From IMG/VR virus record IMGVR_UViG_3300044724_007630, positions 1 to 35,466 of that record: a DNA stretch of 35,466 nucleotides; one strand, 5' to 3'. The notes under the pieces are model-generated. The model had not been told where the DNA came from, did not search any database, and saw only the letters and a program-made list of their open reading frames with translations. The stretch is from a virus (Duplodnaviria; Caudoviricetes). Within the stretch, counting starts at the first letter, position 1, and every line of letters starts with the position of its first letter. Below, in pieces: positions 1 to 9,100 of this stretch. A program made the translations under genes and the position numbers.

Positions 1-1779
1 TCTTAACTCGCCGCTTGTATAGCTTTGTATAAAATTAACACCACTACCATTATGAAAAATCTGTAAATCGCTACTATCCCCAAAGAGAGCTTTACTATTG
101 TCTCCAAGACTTATATTCTTATTAAAGTCCCAGCTATCACCTGTGCTATTATAAGTTATAGTTGCCGAAGCGCCATCAACTGTAATACCAGCGCCATTCG
201 CCGCGGTTCCATTTGCAGCTCCCGATGCCAAAGTAATATTGAGATCGTCGACAGTAAGAGTAGTGGAATTAATAGTAGTAGTAGCGCCATCAACTTGTAG
301 ATTTCCTTTAATTATAACCGTGCCTGTATTATCACCAACTGCGGCAGGGTCAACAACAAAGCTTGCTGGACCACGAAGTTCGCCTGTAGTAGTAATATTT
401 CCAGAGTTAATAGTACTAAAAGTTGGAGTAGAGGTGCCGCCGTCTAGGTAGCTTTCAATTTTTGTGTTGAGAGAAGCGGAAACTGCTTGATTTGAAGCGT
501 TTCCAATAAAAATATCGCCGTCATCAAGATTTGGAACAGCATTACTTCGACCTGCGCCTACAATAAAGATGCTACCACTTGAAGCGGAACGAGTAACTTT
601 ACCAATCTTTTGTAAAGCTGAAGATTCGCCCGTTGGTGCTGTAGCTGTTAGCGCGCCCGCTGTAGTAGATACAAAGAGTTCGTCGCCTTCGCTATAGGAA
701 GATGTATCAATACCAGAAAGAATACCATTTGTATAAATATTGACAGGCTGGCTAGAAGACGCTGCGGCTGCCACAAGACCAAAAGCAGGCATTTTGCTTG
801 TATCGTCTGCATCCGCCTTTGATACGATTGTAGTATTTCCAGAGATTCCAGAAATATATACTACTTCGCCTTTTGCAAGGGCTTCCCCTGCTTGTGCTTT
901 GAAAAGTACTGCGCCTCGAACGTCTCCGATAAATTCACTTGCTTCAACATCACCAGTTACTGTGACCCCATCTACATTGAACTCAGCAACAGTTGTTTCG
1001 TCTTTTTGAATAAGAAGGTCGCCAGTTCCAGTTTGATTAATTACGGAATCAGTTGCATTATGATAAATCTCAAGATCTAATCCAGTACCAAGTCTTAATT
1101 TAACATCATCAGGAAGATCAAGACTAGTTGTAGTATCCAAGCTAACTGCACGATTGCCGATTTCGACTTCTATGCCAGTGCCGCTTGGGGGTGCGCTTGA
1201 GAAAGTAAGAGTAGTTCCGCTTACAGAATAGTTTGATTTTGACTGATATACGCCATCAATAAATACACGAGTGTTATTTTCATCACCTGGATCTAACGAA
1301 AGAGTAAAAGCAGTAGTAGAGTTATTACCAGAAAAAGTATCTACGCTAACATTTCCATCACCAATCTTTTTCTTGAAAGCAAAGATTTGAAGATAGTCGT
1401 TTACAGCAGCCGCTGAAGAGAGAGTAACTAAAGCGCCATTAGTTGCAGTATAATCCGTCTCGGGGTCAAGAAGAATACCATTAAGAAATACTTGTAGAGC
1501 ACCTGCTTCATAAGATAAAAAAGCACTATTATCATCATTTCCGGAAAAAGCAGTTTGCGAAGCAGTAGCAGTATAAAGATATTCTACAAAAATTCCATCC
1601 GCAGCAGAAGCTCCTCCGCCTCCGGAAATCTCTACAATACTTTCGGTACCTCCAACGCTTTTCTTGATGTACATCTTGCCATCATATGTATTAATAGCAA
1701 CTTCACCTAATTCAAGTTGTGACGTTGTGGGTGCAGCGCCCGCAGTAGCGGAACGCTTTAATTTAATAGTCTGCGCCAT
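1..1779 (-). CDS. Side tail fibre protein (partial, 593+ aa, runs off the window start; absent from ORF track)
   Basis: Manual translation from ATG 1779 (SD GGAGGAG upstream) gives MAQTIKLKRSATAGAAPTTSQLELGEVAINTYDGKMY..., open to base 1. It has VFLNGILL and VFIDGVYQ fibre repeats and a GNLQVDGATTTINSTTLTVDD module. Confidence 0.9.
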   Translation of the reverse strand, partial: MAQTIKLKRSATAGAAPTTSQLELGEVAINTYDGKMYIKKSVGGTESIVEISGGGGASAADGIFVEYLYTATASQTAFSGNDDNSAFLSYEAGALQVFLNGILLDPETDYTATNGALVTLSSAAAVNDYLQIFAFKKKIGDGNVSVDTFSGNNSTTAFTLSLDPGDENNTRVFIDGVYQSKSNYSVSGTTLTFSSAPPSGTGIEVEIGNRAVSLDTTTSLDLPDDVKLRLGTGLDLEIYHNATDSVINQTGTGDLLIQKDETTVAEFNVDGVTVTGDVEASEFIGDVRGAVLFKAQAGEALAKGEVVYISGISGNTTIVSKADADDTSKMPAFGLVAAAASSSQPVNIYTNGILSGIDTSSYSEGDELFVSTTAGALTATAPTGESSALQKIGKVTRSASSGSIFIVGAGRSNAVPNLDDGDIFIGNASNQAVSASLNTKIESYLDGGTSTPTFSTINSGNITTTGELRGPASFVVDPAAVGDNTGTVIIKGNLQVDGATTTINSTTLTVDDLNITLASGAANGTAANGAGITVDGASATITYNSTGDSWDFNKNISLGDNSKALFGDSSDLQIFHNGSGVNFIQSYTSGELR

Positions 1780-1797
1780 GTGGCTCCTCCATTACGG

Positions 1798-1809
1798 GCG
1801 TATATACGC
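1798..1809. repeat. Perfect 12-bp palindrome GCGTATATACGC in the 41-bp spacer between two fibre genes
   Basis: Read directly from the sequence; lies just upstream of the SD of the 1779 gene. Confidence 0.6.
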
Positions 1810-1820
1810 TGAAGAGTTTT

Positions 1821-3548
1821 TTAGAATGTGCCGCCGTCCAGCGTGTTTGCCCAAGAGGCTACACCAGAAGTGTTCATGCTTAATATATAATCAGAGGCAG
1901 TCGCGTTTCCGGAAGGCTTCACAAGTCGAGTATACCCAGCATTTGATGCAGCACCGATGAGCAAATCACCAACTGCTGTAGCTGAAATTCCCTTAATTCG
2001 TAAGGCATCTGAGTTTACTTCGACAGTGATATTATCGTCGTTTACGTTGAGAGTGTTTCCTGATTTACTGAGCGCATCTCCTGCAACGATTTGACCTGCG
2101 CCTGAGAACTGAGAAACAGTAAGAGCAGTAGTACCAAGAGTTGGAGCACCGTTATGAGTAAATACATATCCATTGTCTGCGCCTACAGTACCTTCTTCTA
2201 CGAAAGTAAATACTCCACCAGTCATTTCTGCAGAAACATTTGCATCATCGGCTCGAGTAAGTACCCAAGCGGTAGAGCCGTCGCCTACAGTAGTAACTAC
2301 GTAGATACCGTTTTCTGCTGCTGAAGACTGATCTTTAACAAGAACTCTATCCGCTGCGACTACTGTTACACCGTCTAATTGCAGGGCGGCATTTGATCCA
2401 GAGTTTGTAAGAGTTCCGCCAGCATTGTTGTAGTTTGCAGAAAGGTTAGCAGTAGTAGCTAATCGTACAGAATCTTTTACGTCAAGGGCTTGTTTGATTG
2501 CATCGACATACTCTTTTGACACAAGAGAATTTGCACCGAATCCAGTACGATTCTTATATCCAGAAGGAACAGTAACTGTACCAGTACCATTTGGAGAAAG
2601 TACCAGATCACCATTTGTGTCAGTAGTAGAAATTGTATTCGTATCTACGCGTACATTATCTACGTCTAACTGCTGAAGACCAGCAAGTGAAGTAGTAGTT
2701 TCTCCAGCATTTAAGCTAGAAGAACCAAGGGTAATTGTATTTACCGCTACAGCACCTGAAGATACTGTAAAGTCTGTGGAGTCAAAAGACGCTACACCTT
2801 TGTTAGAAGAAGTTGCAAGCTCTCCCGCAATTGTAACAGTTACATCAGTACCAGATTTGGCAACAGAAATATCAATTCCTTCACCACCAGTAAATTGTAA
2901 ATCATCTGTAAGAAGAGCAACATTTGCAGTGGAAGAGTCGTCTGTTGCATCAATTGTAAGAGTTGCTGCAACATCTGTAAAAGTAACTACACCAGAACCA
3001 TCAGTGACAAGTGCTTGTCCGTTTGTACCGTCTGTAGTCGGGAGTGTATAAGCCCCAGAAAACTCTACCTGACGACCGAACTTGACAAGTTCTGCAGCAT
3101 TTGTACTATCAAAGGTGAGATAGGTGTGGTCAGCGGTAGCAAATGTTCCTGCAGTGGCTGAGTTATCGACTAATTTAAATTCTGTGGCTTGTCCTGTGAG
3201 ATCAATAGTACCTGCAGTAACTACTAAATTACTAGCAGGATTTATGGTAAGATCTCCGGATGAAGTATCAATATGATTAGTAGTATTATTAATGCGAATA
3301 TTGCCAGTAAGTAATTTATTTACTTTACTGTTTGAGTCTACAAGAATTGCACTATCAGCAGTAAGAATACCTGCTGTGTGATCAAGCATATCTATATAAA
3401 GTTTACCACCGATAGCTACTACAGCATTATCTGCTGGAGCTCCAATAAATAATTTATCACTATTATCAGAATAAGCTAATTCACCCGCAGTAAGACTACT
3501 AGGTGCGGCAGTGGTAGTACTGCGTTTGATTTTGATTGTTTGAGCCAT
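1821..3548 (-). CDS. Side tail fibre segment / adaptor fibre (575 aa)
   Basis: N-terminal IKIKRS..P..L..GELA motif (T4 gp37 N-terminus-like), VRLATTAN...RVLVKDQ..AENGIY..RADD fibre domain, C-terminal LDGGTF. Confidence 0.88.
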   Translation of the reverse strand: MAQTIKIKRSTTTAAPSSLTAGELAYSDNSDKLFIGAPADNAVVAIGGKLYIDMLDHTAGILTADSAILVDSNSKVNKLLTGNIRINNTTNHIDTSSGDLTINPASNLVVTAGTIDLTGQATEFKLVDNSATAGTFATADHTYLTFDSTNAAELVKFGRQVEFSGAYTLPTTDGTNGQALVTDGSGVVTFTDVAATLTIDATDDSSTANVALLTDDLQFTGGEGIDISVAKSGTDVTVTIAGELATSSNKGVASFDSTDFTVSSGAVAVNTITLGSSSLNAGETTTSLAGLQQLDVDNVRVDTNTISTTDTNGDLVLSPNGTGTVTVPSGYKNRTGFGANSLVSKEYVDAIKQALDVKDSVRLATTANLSANYNNAGGTLTNSGSNAALQLDGVTVVAADRVLVKDQSSAAENGIYVVTTVGDGSTAWVLTRADDANVSAEMTGGVFTFVEEGTVGADNGYVFTHNGAPTLGTTALTVSQFSGAGQIVAGDALSKSGNTLNVNDDNITVEVNSDALRIKGISATAVGDLLIGAASNAGYTRLVKPSGNATASDYILSMNTSGVASWANTLDGGTF

Positions 3549-3567
3549 TTAAAGTCTCCGGTTAGCC

Positions 3568-3993
3568 TTAAAAGGCTCCTGCGTCAAGCGTGTCAGAGTC
3601 ATCAGCAGCCGCACCTACAATTATAGGGACCCACTCGAATACATTTGTGCTTGTCTCGCGATATACTTTTAACTGATTATCATCAGTATCGTACCACGTA
3701 TCTCCTTCTGAAATTGTGGATGTTCCTTCGATTATACTACCAGTTGGAACACCGTCTGAACGAAAATTTTGATCTGCCAGTTGCTTTAAAGCATCTGTAA
3801 CATTAGTTGCAGTAATAGTGTTGTAAGGAGTGAAAACAACATTATCCGCATCCATAAAATTAACAGGAATAGCAAAGTTATTAACTGTAATAGTAGTATT
3901 ATCAGGAGTAAGATTTAAAGATATATCATTTGTATTAGATACAGATATATCTGTTACTTCTTCTGTAATAGTTACTTGAGTTGTAGCTGACAT
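3568..3993 (-). CDS. Proximal fibre adaptor (141 aa), probably the collar-binding segment
   Basis: Directly follows the collar gene (T5 pb1 position). Beta-rich N-terminus, ATNVTDALKQL and EGDTWYDT..LKVY fibre motifs, C-terminal LDAGAF. Confidence 0.7.
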   Translation of the reverse strand: MSATTQVTITEEVTDISVSNTNDISLNLTPDNTTITVNNFAIPVNFMDADNVVFTPYNTITATNVTDALKQLADQNFRSDGVPTGSIIEGTSTISEGDTWYDTDDNQLKVYRETSTNVFEWVPIIVGAAADDSDTLDAGAF

Positions 3994-3996
3994 TTT

Positions 3997-4335
3997 CTAT
4001 CTCGTAACTTCTTGGTTTAAAGTAACCTTTCCCTCGAGAAGCCTTTTAACAATAGCATCACTTCCTGTATGGATTTCTAGGTCATAAAAATATATTCCTG
4101 CTTCCATCGCAGAAGATGTAGTTGCTGGAAGCTCCATCTTTAAAGTACCATTATTAACATTTACAATGGTGCAGGTGAATGTGCCTGCCACTGTAGAAGA
4201 AGTCTTGGTAGGACGCATTTGAGCCCTAGCAGAGTAGCCAGTAAGGTCTTTGGCGGAACCTGACTCATTGATTGTTAAGTCAATGGCAAAAGTCGATCCC
4301 TGGTCAATCACTAAGTCATAGTTTGCTGCACTCAT
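3997..4335 (-). CDS. Fibre-anchoring collar protein (T5 p132/LtfC, BppU-N-like)
   Basis: DLVIDQG..F, DLTGYSARAQMR, YFYDLEI and RLLEGKVTL.QEVT motifs align by eye with T5 p132; located between tip and side-fibre genes. Confidence 0.8.
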   Translation of the reverse strand: MSAANYDLVIDQGSTFAIDLTINESGSAKDLTGYSARAQMRPTKTSSTVAGTFTCTIVNVNNGTLKMELPATTSSAMEAGIYFYDLEIHTGSDAIVKRLLEGKVTLNQEVTR

Positions 4336-4355
4336 TAAATTCTCTCCATTGTCAA

Positions 4356-4403
4356 ATTATAGCAAAAGGGACATACGTAGTCAAGAACTATTTTTTAAGA
4401 GGT
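4356..4403 (-). promoter_or_regulatory. sigma70-type promoter for the collar/side-fibre genes
   Basis: TTGACT (4384-4379), 17 bp, TGn-TATAAT (4361-4356), with upstream A-tract and ACCT (4403-4400). Confidence 0.85.
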
Positions 4404-4408
4404 CTTGC

Positions 4409-4891
4409 TTACGAAGGTTCTGTAGGCCAACTTACATTATTGGGATCGTCTAGGTTTGAGGGCAAGTTTGGTATAATGTCACGCAAGGACTGCCTATATG
4501 TTTGCCATTCTGCTTTTTTACTGTCTGAAAGAGGGGAGTCCGGCGATTGAGTCCAATCAGACAAACCTAGTTTAAAGTTTCTTTGTCTTCTTACTTCTAC
4601 CAGTAGTTCTTCTGTATTAACTACCCATGCATCGTTCCATTTATACCAATCTGTAGGTCTGGATCCCCTATGTACCCAAGCTCCTTCGGACCAATAATTT
4701 TCTACCATAAATTGAGCCGGATCTTGAAACCCAAGGGTTTCTAAGTCATCTCTCATAATATGTCGAACAATTTGGGTATCGTCGGGATCTACAAAAGCTC
4801 CATCGCTAGGAAAAATACCAGGTACACCTGTTATTGTATAAATTTCTCCTGTATTTGCATATGTAAATGCTAGCCATGATATTCCTGCCAT
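4409..4891 (-). CDS. Tail fibre assembly chaperone (Tfa / Phage_tail_APC-like)
   Basis: C-terminal RRQRN.KL..SDWTQ.PDSPL....AEW..YRQ.LRDI....WPTEP signature. Confidence 0.85.
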   Translation of the reverse strand: MAGISWLAFTYANTGEIYTITGVPGIFPSDGAFVDPDDTQIVRHIMRDDLETLGFQDPAQFMVENYWSEGAWVHRGSRPTDWYKWNDAWVVNTEELLVEVRRQRNFKLGLSDWTQSPDSPLSDSKKAEWQTYRQSLRDIIPNLPSNLDDPNNVSWPTEPS

Positions 4892-4894
4892 AAT

Positions 4895-5485
4895 TTAATT
4901 CCTTAATTTCGCCACTATTACGGGGCTTGAGTTATTAGCGTGTAATGTTCCAACAAAACTCGCAGTAAAATAATTTATAAATTGTATCCTATTACTATAA
5001 AAATAGAAATTATTCCAGGCGGCTCCACCTGAACTGCTAAAGCTATAGTAAGGCTTTCCTCCTCCTACATAAATTCCTGAAGTACTTCCAGTCCAGCAAT
5101 CTGTATTTCCCAAAAGAGTTCCTGCTGGAAAAATTGCTAATATTGTAAAAGACTTTGTGTAAGAATCCGCATAGGTTTTAGTGCTTGTACCTCCTGCATC
5201 AAAAAGAGTGATACCATAAGTACCTTGTGACGGAGGAGTGTCAGAGTCAGTTTCTCTTACTCTTACCCAGTTTAATGTCGATCCAGCAGAAATACTATTA
5301 CTACCAAAACTTTGGTTCATTGCTGTATGCCCTGAGCTTGACTTATTTACAAGTATTATTTCATTATTTTGTTTAGTGAAACTGCTTGTAGAAGTAACTG
5401 AGCCGGGAACTTGCATTTGAGTCTGAGCATTAGTGTCTAGTAAAGTATTTCCTGCTTCTCCGAATACTTGAATACCATATGCCAT
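4895..5485 (-). CDS. Minor tail tip-associated protein (196 aa)
   Basis: Two YG(I)xxF(D/G)xxG repeats (YGIQVFGEAG, YGITLFDAGG), typical of small genes downstream of J-like proteins. Confidence 0.65.
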   Translation of the reverse strand: MAYGIQVFGEAGNTLLDTNAQTQMQVPGSVTSTSSFTKQNNEIILVNKSSSGHTAMNQSFGSNSISAGSTLNWVRVRETDSDTPPSQGTYGITLFDAGGTSTKTYADSYTKSFTILAIFPAGTLLGNTDCWTGSTSGIYVGGGKPYYSFSSSGGAAWNNFYFYSNRIQFINYFTASFVGTLHANNSSPVIVAKLRN

Positions 5486-5487
5486 AA

Positions 5488-6168
5488 TTAAAACCTCACT
5501 GCTACGTATTTTATAGTTGCTGAACTACTCGTATTGTTATCTAAAGTGAAGGAGCCAGAAGATCTATTAACATCTACCATTTGAGTTCCATATCCTAAAG
5601 CATCAGGTTCATCGTAAAAAATAACCCCTACTTCGTCTGTGTTTGAAGATGTCATTCCAGGACAGCTTATAGAACCCGAAGTTGAATTAGCAGATATTGT
5701 TACACTTCCTGAAACTATTGCTGTAGTCTGTTTGTCCGTCCTAGAGTCAAGTATATTATTACCCGAACTATTAAATACTTGAAATCCATAACCTCCTGTT
5801 GAAGAAGTAAAAGTTAATACTTTATTGCCTGATGTAGCTCCTCCCCACGGGCTTGTAGTTACACCGCTCCAATACCATTGAGTAGTAGTGATATAACTGA
5901 TATAGCTAGTGCTAGCCGCTTCCCTGGCTAAAAACAGTCCGTCAGGAAAGCTTATACCTCCCCAACCTGAGTTTGCTAACTGAGAAGTACTGTGTATTTG
6001 TATTCTAAAAGAATCTAAATTAGAGTCCCAATATGCGGCCTCAAAAGAAGCCCCCGAATAAATATTAGAAGTACCGTCCGATCTCGAACCATATGTAGGA
6101 GATATAGTAGAGAAACCCACTCTAGTAGAATAAGTTCCTAATGTTACTGTTTGTGTATCTGCTGACAT
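5488..6168 (-). CDS. Minor tail tip-associated protein (226 aa), possible receptor-binding accessory
   Basis: YGFQVFNSSGNNILDS motif plus an aromatic/Ser/Thr-rich N-terminal domain; TAATG-coupled to J. Confidence 0.65.
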   Translation of the reverse strand: MSADTQTVTLGTYSTRVGFSTISPTYGSRSDGTSNIYSGASFEAAYWDSNLDSFRIQIHSTSQLANSGWGGISFPDGLFLAREAASTSYISYITTTQWYWSGVTTSPWGGATSGNKVLTFTSSTGGYGFQVFNSSGNNILDSRTDKQTTAIVSGSVTISANSTSGSISCPGMTSSNTDEVGVIFYDEPDALGYGTQMVDVNRSSGSFTLDNNTSSSATIKYVAVRF

Positions 6169-9100
6169 TATGCTAAGTTTCCTACTTTAACTCTTAATGT
6201 TGAATTGGAATCGTATATTCGTATACTACCGTTATTATTAAAAAACATACTATTTGCTGTGCTATCTGCATTTGCAGAGATAGTCAATTCTCTTGCACTA
6301 ATTGTACTTGCTGTAATATGGCAAGCATCGATAGTATCTGCTGTAAGACTATTAACAAACCAATCTCCTGTAGCATTATTGGATAGTTGAAAATCTGTAC
6401 CGTTTACAAGAGTAATACCATTAGATCCTGTATACGTTTGTCCTGCGGAACCCCAGGTAAATGTTCCGTCTCCATCAGAGAGAAGAGCCTGTCCCGCACT
6501 TCCATTTCCTGAAACATTTAATTCTGAGGCACCCACTGCATTTGCAGCAATTTCTGAAGCTCCTACTGAGTTGGCAGCTAGAGACACAGCTATAGAAGTG
6601 GTGCCGGAGCCTGTTGCGTCTCCGCTCAATGTAATAGTTTGGTTTCCAGTAAGATAACTACCAGTATTTTGCTTGCCTGCTAATAAAGTATTGACTTCTG
6701 ATTCAGTATAATATCGAGTATCGTGAGTATGAGAATCATTTGCCACTGTTACAGTAATTGAAGTTGTGCCAGAACCGCTAACATCTCCACCTAATGTAAT
6801 AGTTTGATTTCCTGTGAGGTATCCTTGAGAAGCGTGATTCCCCCAACCATATGCTGTATTCCAATTTGTTGAATTTCCGCCTGTAGCAGAAAGTACTCCG
6901 GTTATGGTAGCTCCAGTACTTGAGGTTGCAATTTTTGAAGAGCCATTATGGTATATACTAACGGCTCCGTTTTGAGCAGCGTAAAGGGCCCACTCATTAT
7001 CAGTATCATTATAAATTCCTACTGCACCGGCACCGTTTGACATAAAGACCCAGTCGTCACGAATTGCATATCCTGCCCAAGATACTCCTCGGTCATCATC
7101 AACTTTTATAGTACCGTAATTTCCTGTAGCCGTATCAATGTAGCCAAGAGGAGTACTAGCATTTTGCTTGCCTCCTAGTAAACTATTAACCTCTGATTCA
7201 GTATAATATCTGGAATCGTGAGTATGAGAATCATTTGCTACAACTATTGCTCCATATGTACCGGATACATCACCACCGAACGAAGTAGTTGTTCTTAAAA
7301 CAGTACTATCTACTGCTACGGAATCCGCAGCTACAGAAATACCAGAGCCCGCTCCTACATTGAGAGTAAGATTTACTGCTCCCGAGTTATCAGTACCTCC
7401 ACCCGTTAAACCAGAACCCGCTCCGATTGTTATTCCAGTAATATCACCAGTATTAGTAGTGTAGCCATAACTTAAAATTTTGTCTTGTATAGCCGCAGCA
7501 GTCATTAATACAGAGTTAGAATCTGAAAAACTTTCTCCAGAGGTCTGAAGTGCAGAGCCTGCAAGCATAGCAGTAGTTACACCAGATACATTTACTTGAT
7601 CAGAACTAACCGATATACCAGAACCGGCATTTACAAAAAGTGTTCCTCCAGATTTGCCTAAGCCATCTCCAGCTGAGATTGCGGCCTGAGCACGACCATT
7701 AGTAAAGTAAAGATTTGATGATCCTTCTGCAAGATCATCCGTACTTAGTCCAGCAAGAGACGAAGGAGATCCTGTTATGCTTCCTATAAAACTTCCATAA
7801 AAAGTTGCTGCTTCTACGGACTCGCTTCCAAAGGACCAGCGATCATTACTTTCTTTCCAAACAAAAGTTTTGTTTGCTTGTGTTCCTCGCTCTACTTCTA
7901 TACCTGCATTTTCCGTAGGACTACTTCCAGTGAAGTTACTATTTAATACAATAATATTATCAGCAATATTTACAGTTTCAGTATTAATTGTAGTAGTTGT
8001 ACCACTTACAGTTAAATTACCTGAAACAACAATATTATTACCAAAAGTTTTATTTCCATTAATAGTCTGAGTACCGCTAGTTCTTACAACACTACTATCT
8101 ACTGCGATTGAATTTGCTGCAACAGATATTCCGTCCCCCTGTCCTACTGCAAATGTACCCGAAGACAGAGTTAACCCGTTTCCTCCTGCAAAATGTGCTC
8201 GTACTTCAGAGGCGCTTGGACCTGTATAAGTAAATACACCTGTAGAAGAGTTATAAGAAAAAGAACCATCTCCTCCTGTATCAGTATGACTAAATAAACC
8301 TCGAATATCTGAATTTGAAGGTCCGGTGTATGTGTAAGCCCCCGTAGAAGAATTATAAGAAAAAGATCCCAACCCTCCGTTATCACTGCCTGACATGGCA
8401 GATCTAGCACGAGCATTAGTAAAGTATAGATTTGAGGAGCCTTCTGATAGAGCGTCTGTATCAGGATGAACTGCATTTACACGAGCATCTGCACGAGTAT
8501 TAGTAAAGTATAAACGACTACCTTCAGAAATACTTGAAGTTGTTGCATCTACATGTATAGTTGCCTCTGAACCGGAAACTGCTACGTTTAACCCTGTGGT
8601 AAAATTAAGAGAAGTAATATTTGTACCGTCAGTGTTTCCATCCTCTTTAATAGTTCCTAGTCCTGCTGGAGCATTTACAGTACTACTAGAATCTACTACT
8701 ACTCCTGATAGAGTTAAGTCTGTACCATCCCAAAGAATGTGTTTTGAAGCGCTCCCAAATACGAATTTTCCTGCAGTAAGATCAATATGAGCACCTTTCT
8801 CTGCCCCTGAGGGAGCAGAATTTGCGTCAGGAATGGAGTTTGCTCCTGAGTTCTTTAATGTTCCTGCAGTAATGTTTCCAAGATTTGCCGATAACGCCGA
8901 AAGAGTATTAGTTGAAATGTCTGCGGCACTAACTGTAGTTGCATCAATAAGAGTAGCAACAATGGAGTTTGCAGCTACAGAGTCTGCGGTTACAGCTCCT
9001 GCAGCAATCTTGTCTGCTGTAATGGCATCCGCAGCCAGAGCTGCCGTAGTAATTTCACCTGCTGCAATATGATTTGCATTAATTACATCAGCGCCTACGT

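Noticed and set aside
6666-7238. Repeat pair as a diversity-generating retroelement TR/VR
   Set aside because: Mismatches are not adenine-specific, both copies are coding within one ORF, and no reverse transcriptase is in the window.
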